Shown here piece after piece: positions 18,968 to 27,191 of a stretch of DNA of 41,115 nt (positions within the stretch are counted from its first letter, which is position 1; each line of letters starts with the position of its first letter). The translations under genes and the position numbers were made by a program. The notes under the pieces were generated by a model that was not told where the DNA came from, searched no databases, and saw only the letters and a program-made list of their open reading frames with translations. This stretch comes from Candidatus Daviesbacteria bacterium RIFCSPHIGHO2_01_FULL_40_11 (GTDB lineage Bacteria > Patescibacteriota > Microgenomatia > Daviesbacterales > UBA10151). The stretch lies in contig MFCP01000040.1 of assembly GCA_001776635.1 (NCBI GenBank), forward strand, positions 12,552-53,666. Direction: 5' to 3'.

Positions 18968-19104
18968 GGCGAAGTCTGAGACAACAAGGTAATCGGTACA
19001 GTTGAGCGCACCACTTACTCCATGACCCAAACCTTACTCGGCGCGAAACAAACCGATAGCGAGCGATGTGGTCGCGCGAGCGGTACTTTGTGTCCAGACG
19101 AGCC
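18968..19104 (+). repeat. Structured intergenic element, copy A (rpsB-tsf)
   Basis: GGC-GAA-GTCTG...CAGAC-GA-GCC outer stem; shares ACTCGGCGCGAAACAAAC with copy C. Confidence 0.85.
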
Positions 19105-19111
19105 AGACTCT

Positions 19112-19954
19112 TTATTCTACCACCCTCTCCGATTCCTTAACCGCTTTCTTTTCTACCATCTCCTCAGCCTCTGCCACTTCCTCCTTTAATTCCTCCTGTA
19201 TCTCCTCATCTGTCTGTTTTGCTGCTTCTTTTTCCTCTTTTTTCAAAAGCTTCTCAGCTACTTTCCCTGCTTCCTTTTTACCCTCAGCATAGGCCAAAGC
19301 TACAGCTCCCACTAATATTTTAATAGATTTTATAGCATCATCATTACCAGGGATAGGATAATCAATTTCAGTTGGGTCAGAATTTGAATCTGCAATTGCC
19401 ACTACTTTTACGTTTAATCTCTGAGCTTCCCTAATGGCAATATTATCTGACACTGCGTCTACTACAAAAATTGCATCAGGAAGCTTATCAAGATTCATCG
19501 CTCCGGCAAAATCTTTTTGAAGCTTACTCATTTTTCTCTCTAAAAGTAATTGTTCTTTTTTGGTATATTTGGAAAGTTGCCCTTTTTCTTTCTGCTCTAA
19601 ATATTCTTTGAGTCTTTTAATATTTTTCTGAATTTGCTCAAAATTGGTTAAAAAACCTCCCATCCAACGCTCTACCAAAAATGGCGCTTGTAGTTCCTTC
19701 GCCAACTCCTCTATGATAGGTTTTGCTTGTTTTTTTGTTCCGACAAACAGTAATACTTTACCCTCTTTGCCTAGATTGTAAACAAACTCGCAGGCTTCTT
19801 TTAAGTATTGTTCGGATTGGGTTAAGTCAATAACATGGACACCCTCCCTGGCACCATAAATATATGGGCGCATTCTCGGGTGGCCACGTCTAACCTGGTG
19901 TCCAAAATGGACTCCGGCTTCCAGTAATTCTTGTAAACTAGGTAATTTGTACAT
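19112..19954 (-). CDS. rpsB: 30S ribosomal protein S2
   Basis: LLEAGVHFGH, LFVGTKKQA, RWMGGFLTNF, IPGNDDAIKSI. Confidence 0.98.
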   Translation of the reverse strand: MYKLPSLQELLEAGVHFGHQVRRGHPRMRPYIYGAREGVHVIDLTQSEQYLKEACEFVYNLGKEGKVLLFVGTKKQAKPIIEELAKELQAPFLVERWMGGFLTNFEQIQKNIKRLKEYLEQKEKGQLSKYTKKEQLLLERKMSKLQKDFAGAMNLDKLPDAIFVVDAVSDNIAIREAQRLNVKVVAIADSNSDPTEIDYPIPGNDDAIKSIKILVGAVALAYAEGKKEAGKVAEKLLKKEEKEAAKQTDEEIQEELKEEVAEAEEMVEKKAVKESERVVE

Positions 19955-20012
19955 AGTCTCTTAATCCTCCTCATAGTCAGTGGTTTCTCAGAGACTTAAA
20001 CTATGAGTGTGT
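19955..20012 (-). promoter_or_regulatory. rpsB 5' leader, putative pseudoknot around SD and start codon
   Basis: mRNA ACACA CUCAUAGU UUA AGUCUCU ... ACUAUGAG GAGGAUUA AGAGACU AUG. Confidence 0.65.
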
Positions 20013-20021
20013 AATAGCGGT

Positions 20022-20050
20022 ATTCTATCAGGATCAAACTAATTAAGCAA
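20022..20050 (-). promoter_or_regulatory. rpsB sigma70 promoter
   Basis: TTGCTT-N17-TAGAAT with TG extension. Confidence 0.7.
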
Positions 20051-20090
20051 GACTAATATTTTGACAAATATGATACAATTTATAACCGTT

Positions 20091-20312
20091 ATGGAAAAAA
20101 TAGAAGTCAGGGTTGGTAGAGAATATCCAAACGGTAACATACCGGGGATATCAAAAGTAGGCGGTCAAATACTCTGTCGGCCAATAATGGAATCTGTAGA
20201 TCCCAGAGTACAGTATTCCAAGTTAATAGGAGGAGAGCTTAAACCAGCAGAATTTGATCCTACAACCGGACAAGAAACAGTATTTGAACATCCACAACAT
20301 CCGCACTTTTAA
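20091..20312 (+). CDS. Small hypothetical protein (ATG 20091 preferred over TTG 20061)
   Basis: Fills the gap; TGaTACAAT -10 box upstream; no motif recognised. Confidence 0.5.
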   Translation: MEKIEVRVGREYPNGNIPGISKVGGQILCRPIMESVDPRVQYSKLIGGELKPAEFDPTTGQETVFEHPQHPHF

Positions 20313-20323
20313 AAATTCTTAAA

Positions 20324-20818
20324 TTATCTTTCCAACTCCAAAAATCTATACTTAAACCCATCTGATTCCTGCTCCTGTGACTGCCAGACTTTTCTTTTAA
20401 ATTCCGAATAATCGGGGAAAAATGTGTCGCCTTCTATCTCCGTATCAATCACTGTGAGATACAGCTTATCTGCTAAAGGCAAAGCCTGCTTGTAAATCTC
20501 TCCTCCACCAATTATAAAAACTTCTTTATCGCCCGCTTTGCCCACCACCTCTCTTAGAGCTTCTTCCAGCGAATGTACAACTATTATACTCTCTGATGCA
20601 TAGTTTGATTCCCGGGTGATCACAATATTTGTTCGACCAGACAAAACTTTTCCAATAGACTCATGGGTTTTTCTACCCATAATAATAGGATGCCCCATGG
20701 TAATTTCCCTAAACCTTTTTAGCTCTTCGGGGATATGCCATGGCATTCCACCCTTTTTCCCAATCACTCTTTTACTTCCTGCTACAGCTACTATGATGCT
20801 AATTCTTGGTTTTTTCAT
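20324..20818 (-). CDS. folA: Dihydrofolate reductase (start reassigned to MKKPRIS)
   Basis: MPWHIPEELKRF, IIMGRKT, GRTNIV, FIIGGGEIY, GDTFFP. Confidence 0.96.
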   Translation of the reverse strand: MKKPRISIIVAVAGSKRVIGKKGGMPWHIPEELKRFREITMGHPIIMGRKTHESIGKVLSGRTNIVITRESNYASESIIVVHSLEEALREVVGKAGDKEVFIIGGGEIYKQALPLADKLYLTVIDTEIEGDTFFPDYSEFKRKVWQSQEQESDGFKYRFLELER

Positions 20819-21752
20819 AATATCCACCTGCCACAGTGAGCTCTGCTTTAATAACGGGAAGAGGATCATAGTTTTCCAAAGTCACAAGAATCGGCTTAAA
20901 ATCATCAATCTTTTTAATGCCAGGATCTAATTTAACAGTTGGAAAAGGCCTTGGTTTTCTTTTAATTTGTTCTTTAACTTGGGCGAGGTGATTTTCATAG
21001 ATATGGACATCACCGAAGGTGTGAATAAATTCTCCAGGCTTAAAACCTGTAATTTTAGCCAAAATCATCGTTAATAAAGCGTAGCTTGCGATATTAAAAG
21101 GCACACCCAAGAAAACATCACAACTCCGGTGGTAAAGCTGCAAAGAAAGCTTACCGCCTCTCTGGTTGATCTGGAACATATTATGACAGATCGGAAAATA
21201 AGAGGTATCCTCCTTTGTAGCCATGGTATAAAGATATTCCGGATTCCAGGAATTGACAATCAAATTTTTGGCATCCGGGTCTTCCTTTAATTCCTGGACT
21301 ATCCATTTTAGCTGGTCAATAGTTCTACCTGTCCTGGTGGGCCAGCGCCTCCACATCTCTCCGTAGATCCTGGGTAGATTTCCCCATTTTTTAGCAAACT
21401 TATCATCGGTTCTAATTTTTTCAATAAATTCTTCTTTTGTTAGTGAATCGTTGTTTTTAAGTTTGGAAATTTTATAGGGGTAATCATCCCAAATGTGGAC
21501 ATTGCGGTCGACTAAATATTTTATATTTGATTGTCCTGAAAAAAACCAATAAAGTTCCTCTAAAACCCCCTTCCAATACACTTTTTTTGTGGTGAGTAAT
21601 GGAAAGCCTTGCGAGAGATCAAAACGGATCTGGCGACCGAAAACACTGTAAAGTGCTACATCAGTACCTCGGTCAATCTTCTTGACTCCGTTTTTTAGGA
21701 TATCTTTTAATAAATCTAAATACTGATATTCCTGATGCCTTGGTCTAGCCAT
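20799..21752 (-). CDS. thyA: Thymidylate synthase
   Basis: FPLLTTKKV, PICH catalytic Cys, RSCDVFLGVPFN, GDVHIYENH. Confidence 0.97.
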   Translation of the reverse strand: MARPRHQEYQYLDLLKDILKNGVKKIDRGTDVALYSVFGRQIRFDLSQGFPLLTTKKVYWKGVLEELYWFFSGQSNIKYLVDRNVHIWDDYPYKISKLKNNDSLTKEEFIEKIRTDDKFAKKWGNLPRIYGEMWRRWPTRTGRTIDQLKWIVQELKEDPDAKNLIVNSWNPEYLYTMATKEDTSYFPICHNMFQINQRGGKLSLQLYHRSCDVFLGVPFNIASYALLTMILAKITGFKPGEFIHTFGDVHIYENHLAQVKEQIKRKPRPFPTVKLDPGIKKIDDFKPILVTLENYDPLPVIKAELTVAGGYYEKTKN

Positions 21753-21771
21753 AATTTTCTCTTATGATAAC

Positions 21772-21918
21772 AGCAGCGAAGTCACAAGTAAACAAAAAAT
21801 GTTGAGGATTTTGTGCTAATTGACTAAATGACTCGAGCCCATTGGTAGACACAAAATTCTCACAAGCGAGCAACGATACTAGCGTGCGAGCGATTTTTTG
21901 TACTGTGACGAGCTCGCT
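21772..21918 (+). repeat. Structured intergenic element, copy B (dUTPase-like gene to thyA)
   Basis: AGC-GAA-GTCACA...TGTGAC-GA-GCT outer stem; inner TGAGGATTTTGTG/CACAAAATTCTCA hairpin. Confidence 0.85.
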
Positions 21919-22486
21919 ATACTTGTCTCTCTGTTTTTTTCGGACTCACTCTTCCACCTTGATGTTGACCCCTGTAAGAAATAGTTTTGCCTTTTATCTT
22001 ATGAAAAATAATATTACAAATCCTGGCCCCCAGTTGTAACTTTACAGGAAAGGGGCTTAAATTAGTCAATCCCATGGTCAGTTTACCACTGTATCCCGGG
22101 TCTGTTTTTGAATTAAGAAGCAGCAGTCCTGCTCTAAAAAGAGAGGTTCTGGTGTGAACTATCGGCATTAAATCTAAGGGGGTATTGACCGACTCTACTG
22201 TTTGAACCAGGTAATATTGTCCCGGCTTTATCACAATTTTCTTCTGCAGTCTACTCCCATCCACATATTCTGCCACCAGTGTTGTTTCCACCCCTTTCCT
22301 TTTGCCCAATTTAATATCACCATCTGCTTCAATAAAAGCCCCACCTCCCACTATTTTGCGAACAGCACCCAACCGAAGATCAATTCCCGCTCCTTCCGGG
22401 TTTTTAAGATCTCTCTGTCCTAAATTCTTGATTAAGGAATGCTTCTTAATTCTTTTATGAATTTCATCAAGTCCAAGCACACTCAT
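21917..22486 (-). CDS. Trimeric dCTP deaminase/dUTPase-family protein, probably archaeal-type dUTPase
   Basis: GIDLRL, RTSLFRAG, DPGYSGKL, YRGQHQ; no Glu at the Dcd catalytic position (LTMG). Confidence 0.75.
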   Translation of the reverse strand: MSVLGLDEIHKRIKKHSLIKNLGQRDLKNPEGAGIDLRLGAVRKIVGGGAFIEADGDIKLGKRKGVETTLVAEYVDGSRLQKKIVIKPGQYYLVQTVESVNTPLDLMPIVHTRTSLFRAGLLLLNSKTDPGYSGKLTMGLTNLSPFPVKLQLGARICNIIFHKIKGKTISYRGQHQGGRVSPKKTERQV

Positions 22487-22496
22487 AGTTTGTATG

Positions 22497-22642
22497 GAGT
22501 GGCGAAGTCACAAGTAATCAAAAAATGTAGTGCAGTTGAGCGTACTACTAACTTTATGCTCCAGACCACACTCGGCGCGAAACAAACTTCAAGCGAGTGA
22601 CGTGGTCGCGTGAGCGGTTTTTTGTACTGTGACGAGCCACTC
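22497..22642 (+). repeat. Structured intergenic element, copy C (dcd to dUTPase-like gene)
   Basis: GAGTGGC-GAA-GTCACA...TGTGAC-GA-GCCACTC outer stem; B-like ends with an A-like core. Confidence 0.85.
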
Positions 22643-23294
22643 ATTTCCTTCCAGACTTTTTGCCATGACGAGCCCGTTTACCCATTAAATTCGAAACCTG
22701 CGGTAGGTTACTGCCTCCGTATCTATTATTTGGACTTTTATGGTACGGACGCTTCACCGGAGCAGCCAGCTTCTCAAAAGAAAATGCACAAATCGGGCTA
22801 CCCTCATAAATCACTAACTTTTTGCCTTTCAAAAAGGTGCCAAATTCCAAAACCGGATGGCCATCCCAACCCGGATCAAACCTGGCTGCTGTTGAGTGAA
22901 CCACTACACCTAACCTAGCCAAAGAACTTTTTCCATGCAAATACCCCACAATATTATCGGGCAAAGTTAACCTTTCATAAGTCGTGGCAATCACAAAGTC
23001 ATGTTCGGTCAAGATAAATGGTTGTCCCGGTTTTAACTCCACCAACCTCATCATAGATTCCATATCTTCTTTGCTGGCATACCTGGTATCAATGGTGTTT
23101 AACCCCTCATCAGTAAAAACCCGCAGTTTATTCCCCAGATGAAAATCAATTGTCACCTCATCTACTGCCTCTTCCCAATTTTTTGGCAAAGGATCTATTT
23201 TTATAATCCCCTTTTTAATATGTTCTTTAATTGCCCAATCCGGCAAGGTTCCGAGAATATCTTCCACTTCCTTTTTATTCCTTCTTTTTGGCAT
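22641..23294 (-). CDS. dcd: dCTP deaminase
   Basis: IDFHLG, GKSSLARLG..VH.TA..FDPGWDG, VLEF (catalytic Glu), ICAFSFE. Confidence 0.9.
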   Translation of the reverse strand: MPKRRNKKEVEDILGTLPDWAIKEHIKKGIIKIDPLPKNWEEAVDEVTIDFHLGNKLRVFTDEGLNTIDTRYASKEDMESMMRLVELKPGQPFILTEHDFVIATTYERLTLPDNIVGYLHGKSSLARLGVVVHSTAARFDPGWDGHPVLEFGTFLKGKKLVIYEGSPICAFSFEKLAAPVKRPYHKSPNNRYGGSNLPQVSNLMGKRARHGKKSGRK

Positions 23295-23343
23295 AGATCA
23301 GATCCTAATCAAACAGCCCACTTTTTTCAAGTAGGAAAAAATT

Positions 23344-23376
23344 CTTGACATTATCTTGACATTATTAAGACAAAAT
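23344..23376. promoter_or_regulatory. 11-bp phased direct repeat in divergent intergenic region
   Basis: CTTGACATTAT CTTGACATTAT TAAGACAAAAT. Confidence 0.45.
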
Positions 23377-23396
23377 GTAAATATCTACACTTAATT

Positions 23397-23675
23397 ATGA
23401 ACAACTCTCCTGAAATCCGGAAAGCTTGCTGTTTACCCGATCCAAAACTAACATCTAACGACGGTCTGACTCGTGTACCATTTGTAGAATACGATCCCAA
23501 CAGCGAAGACATCCCTTGCAATGGTCTATACAAACCTGATGCGGAAGATATAGACGTAAGATCAGTTATAAAAGTTATCTCTGTGCCTGTCCCTGCTGAT
23601 CGATGTGCAAAGCAAATAGCTGCCGGACTTTGCCCAAGAGGTTCTGGACTAAAGCCAGAAGAAATAAAAGCTTAA
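23397..23675 (+). CDS. Small cysteine-rich hypothetical protein
   Basis: 92 aa, five Cys; TACACT 5 nt before ATG; stop overlaps lysA stop. Confidence 0.55.
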   Translation: MNNSPEIRKACCLPDPKLTSNDGLTRVPFVEYDPNSEDIPCNGLYKPDAEDIDVRSVIKVISVPVPADRCAKQIAAGLCPRGSGLKPEEIKA

Positions 23676-24928
23676 AGCCCTAAGAAATCCAAAGTGGCAA
23701 AATAATCATTCACTGTTTCCGCTCTCCTGATTTGTTTTACCTTTCCATTTGGTAGTAACAACAGCTCTGCTGAACGCAGTTTCCCATTGTAATTAAAACC
23801 CATTGCAAAACCATGTGCTCCTGTATCGTGAATCACTAAAATATCCCCAATATCTATTTTTGGCAGTTTCCGGTCAATAGCAAATTTATCATTATTTTCA
23901 CAAAGCGACCCGGTCACATCATAAATATGGGTTTTAGATTTACTCTCTTTACCTAAAACGGTTATGTGATGGTATGCGCCGTAGAGAGCCGGTCTCATCA
24001 GATTAGCCATACAAGCATCTACTCCAATATATTCTTTATAAATATGCTTTTCATGAATAACTTTCGTCACCAAGTAGCCATGCGGCCCGGTGATTGCCCG
24101 ACCACATTCCATTACCAGTCGTATGGGGGCTAAACCATTTTTCTCAATTTTCTGCTCGTATAATTTCTGGATCTTTTTTGAAATATATTCTAAATCAGGA
24201 GCTTTTTGTTCCGGTTTATACGGAATCCCTACACCACCACCCAGATTGATGAATTCAAATTTAATACCAAGCTTTCTAGAAATCTCTACCACCAGATCAA
24301 ATAACATTTCTGCCGTTTCCACCAATGCGTCGTTATCCAATTCATTTGAGACCACCATGGTATGCAAACCGAATCTTTTAACTCCCTTCTCACCCATAAT
24401 TTTGTAAGCTTCAAAAAGTTGATTTTTAGTCAACCCATACTTCGCCTCCTCAGGCTTGCCAATAATTACATTTCCTTTGTGCTTCCGGAGTGACCCTGGG
24501 TTGTATCTAAAACAAATAATTTCCGGGATTCCGGCTGCTTCTTCTAAAAAAGGAATGTGGGTAATATCATCCAAATTAATAATTGCCCCAAGTTCCTTAG
24601 CTTTTTTAAACTCCGCTGCCGGAGTGTCATTAGAAGTAAACATTATGTTTTCTCCCTTAATCCCAACTTTTTCCGCCAAAATCAGCTCTGGTAGAGAGCT
24701 ACAATCAGTTCCCATTCCAACTTCAGCTAAAATCTTTAAAATATAAGGGTTGGGATTAGCTTTGACTGCAAAATAATTCTTAAAACCTGGAGCCCAAGAG
24801 AATGATCTGTAGAGTCTCCTGGCAGTATCTCTAATCCCTTTCTCGTTATAAATATGGAAAGGGGTCGGATACTCCTTAATAATCTCTTTTGTCTTATTTT
24901 TTGTAAATGGTAATTTCTTACTAGTCAT
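23672..24928 (-). CDS. lysA: Diaminopimelate decarboxylase
   Basis: YPTPFHIY, FAVKANPN (PLP Lys), NLGGG, ECGRAI, GSLCENNDKF, GAHGFAMGFNYNG. Confidence 0.95.
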   Translation of the reverse strand: MTSKKLPFTKNKTKEIIKEYPTPFHIYNEKGIRDTARRLYRSFSWAPGFKNYFAVKANPNPYILKILAEVGMGTDCSSLPELILAEKVGIKGENIMFTSNDTPAAEFKKAKELGAIINLDDITHIPFLEEAAGIPEIICFRYNPGSLRKHKGNVIIGKPEEAKYGLTKNQLFEAYKIMGEKGVKRFGLHTMVVSNELDNDALVETAEMLFDLVVEISRKLGIKFEFINLGGGVGIPYKPEQKAPDLEYISKKIQKLYEQKIEKNGLAPIRLVMECGRAITGPHGYLVTKVIHEKHIYKEYIGVDACMANLMRPALYGAYHHITVLGKESKSKTHIYDVTGSLCENNDKFAIDRKLPKIDIGDILVIHDTGAHGFAMGFNYNGKLRSAELLLLPNGKVKQIRRAETVNDYFATLDFLGL

Positions 24929-26121
24929 AATTTCAAATTATTCTGAATACTTTTAACAGCCCTTTCAATATCTTCTTTGTGCCCAAAAGCACTAAGCCTA
25001 AAGTAACCTTCCCCCGCCCGACCAAAACCAGACCCGGGGGTTCCCACCACATACGCCTCTTCCAATAATTTATCAAAGAAGTCCCATGAAGACACCTCCC
25101 TGGGGGTTTTCAGCCAGATGTATGGCGCATTCTCTCCACCGAAAACTTTTAAGCCCAACTTCCCTAGCCCCTTTTTGATGATTTTGGCATTATTCATATA
25201 ATAATTAATTAACTTATTACACTCTTTCCGTCCTTTTGCGGATAAAACTGCCAAACCTCCTTCTTGGACGATATTGGAGGCGCCGTTAAACATGGTTGCC
25301 TGGCGCCTATTCCACAGGCTGTTTACTTTACCTCGTTCTGTCCCTTCAACAATTAACTCTATCGGCACCACGGTCCAACCCAAGCGCACTCCCGTAAATC
25401 CTGCCCACTTGGAGAAACTATTTATTTCAATAGCGCACCCTTTTGCTCCCTTAATTTCATAAATGCTTTTGGGTAATGACTTATCCGAAATATACTCGGA
25501 GTATGCGGCATCAAAAACGATCACTGCTTTATTTTTCAGGGCATATTCAACAAAAACTCGCAACTTTCTTTTCGTGGCCACCGCGCCTGTGGGATTATTA
25601 GGGCTACAGATAAAAATCAAATCAACTTTGCCTTTTGGAGGGTTAGGTATAAATCCCTCATCTTCACTACATTCCATATATACAACTTTTTTTCCCGAGA
25701 TAACATTGCTATCTAGATACACGGGATACACAGGATCAGCCACTGCCACAATACTCTCAGTACCAAAAATGGAAGAAATATTTGCAGAATCTGACTTTGC
25801 ACCATCGCTTACAAAAATTTCCTGTGTATCAAGAAAGATACCCCTCTTTTTATAAAATGTAACCAATTCCTTCCGTAATCTGATATCACCCTGTTCGTCC
25901 CCATAGCCTGTGTAGGTTTTGGTATCTGCAAGTTTTTTTACTCCCTTTATCAAGCCTTCAATAACTGTAGCTGTGAGCGCTTCAGTAGTATTACCTATAC
26001 CAAGCCTCAAAATTTGCACACCGGGATTTTCTTCCATAAAAGCTTTTGTCCGCTTGGCTATCTCTGAAAAGAGGTATGACGATTGGAGCTTATCGTAATT
26101 TGCATTAATAGTCGCCATCAA
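24925..26121 (-). CDS. dapL: LL-diaminopimelate aminotransferase
   Basis: YLFSEIAKR, LGIGNTT, GYGDEQG, SDGAKSD, SFSKWAGFTGVRLG, NAPYIW, GEGYFRLSAF. Confidence 0.93.
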   Translation of the reverse strand: MMATINANYDKLQSSYLFSEIAKRTKAFMEENPGVQILRLGIGNTTEALTATVIEGLIKGVKKLADTKTYTGYGDEQGDIRLRKELVTFYKKRGIFLDTQEIFVSDGAKSDSANISSIFGTESIVAVADPVYPVYLDSNVISGKKVVYMECSEDEGFIPNPPKGKVDLIFICSPNNPTGAVATKRKLRVFVEYALKNKAVIVFDAAYSEYISDKSLPKSIYEIKGAKGCAIEINSFSKWAGFTGVRLGWTVVPIELIVEGTERGKVNSLWNRRQATMFNGASNIVQEGGLAVLSAKGRKECNKLINYYMNNAKIIKKGLGKLGLKVFGGENAPYIWLKTPREVSSWDFFDKLLEEAYVVGTPGSGFGRAGEGYFRLSAFGHKEDIERAVKSIQNNLKL

Positions 26122-27191
26122 ATATAACCTTTCTTTTTTAATAACTCTGCTGTTAAAATTGCTCCTCCGGCAGCCCCTCGAATAGTGTTGTGCGAAAGCC
26201 CTACAAAGCTAAAATCAAGTACAGAATTCTGCCGGAGTCTGCCAACGCTAATTCCCATACCGCGGCTTACACTCCGATCTAGTCTGGTCTGCGGTCTATC
26301 CTCTTCGCTCATAATGGTGATAAAGGGATGAGGACTAGAGGGAAGATTTAATCCCGCCAGGGGATTGAATTTCTTCCACTCGGCAATAATTTTTTCCGTT
26401 GTGAGTTTTTTCCCAAATGCAACAGAAACTGCTGCCATATGACCGTCTTCAACCGGCACTCTGATACATGTGGCGCTGATGCTTGGTTTTACTGCCGGGA
26501 CAATCGCTCCACCTTTTACCGTACCCCAAATTTTCAGCGGTTCTTTCTCGCTTTTTTCTTCTTCCCCGCCGATAAAGGGAATTACATTTTCCTGCATTTC
26601 GGGCCAAGTGTTCAACGTCTTCCCGGCTCCGGAAACCGCTTGCAAAGTTGTGACAATCACTTTTTTAGGTTGGAATTTTAGAAGCGGAGTCAAAAGCGGC
26701 ACATAAGATTGGATGCTACAATTCGGTTTCACCACAACGAATCCATTTTTCCAACTGTGATTTTTCTGTTGCGCTCTAATAAGTTTTAGATGGTCAGGAT
26801 TAATCTCCGGCATGATCATTGGTACATCCGGAGTCCAACGATGGGCTGAATTATTGGAAACAACCGGGATGCCACGGCTGGCAAATGTATTTTCAACAGA
26901 GGCAATTTTCTCTTTTTCCATATCCAAACAAGAAAAAACAAAGGCTACTTCTTTTGCAATTTGATCCATATCATCCTCTACCTTAAAAACTAAAAGGTCT
27001 GCAATAGTTTGTGGAATCGGGTCTTTCATAACCCAGCGGTCGCCTACAGCTTCTTTGTATTTTTTACCGGCTGATCTGGGGGAAGCAGCAAGGCAAACAA
27101 CTTCAAACCAGGGGTGGTTATTTAAAAGGGTAATAAATCGTTGCCCAACCATACCGGTGGCGCCTAAAATACCGACCGGAATCTTTTTCAT
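26118..27191 (-). CDS. asd: Aspartate-semialdehyde dehydrogenase (archaeal/fungal-like subtype)
   Basis: GATGMVGQRF..LL..HPWFE, PNCS, QAVSGAG, HNTIRGAAGG. Confidence 0.95.
   Translation of the reverse strand: MKKIPVGILGATGMVGQRFITLLNNHPWFEVVCLAASPRSAGKKYKEAVGDRWVMKDPIPQTIADLLVFKVEDDMDQIAKEVAFVFSCLDMEKEKIASVENTFASRGIPVVSNNSAHRWTPDVPMIMPEINPDHLKLIRAQQKNHSWKNGFVVVKPNCSIQSYVPLLTPLLKFQPKKVIVTTLQAVSGAGKTLNTWPEMQENVIPFIGGEEEKSEKEPLKIWGTVKGGAIVPAVKPSISATCIRVPVEDGHMAAVSVAFGKKLTTEKIIAEWKKFNPLAGLNLPSSPHPFITIMSEEDRPQTRLDRSVSRGMGISVGRLRQNSVLDFSFVGLSHNTIRGAAGGAILTAELLKKKGYI

Noticed and set aside
18950-19030. N-terminal extension of EF-Ts in the ORF track (similar extensions for frr, rpsU, ybeY, tig, folA)
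   Set aside because: The extensions run through repeats or neighbouring genes; homologous sequence starts at downstream ATGs.
18968-22642. Elements A-C as CRISPR repeats, tRNAs or known riboswitches
   Set aside because: They are dispersed, with no repeat-spacer periodicity, no cas genes and no cloverleaf or T-loop motif. Host genes are functionally unrelated, and the conserved loops are on the antisense strand.
19068-22918. + strand ORFs starting in the elements (19068, 21842, 22610)
   Set aside because: They are antisense shadows of rpsB, the dUTPase-like gene and dcd, with no protein-like features.
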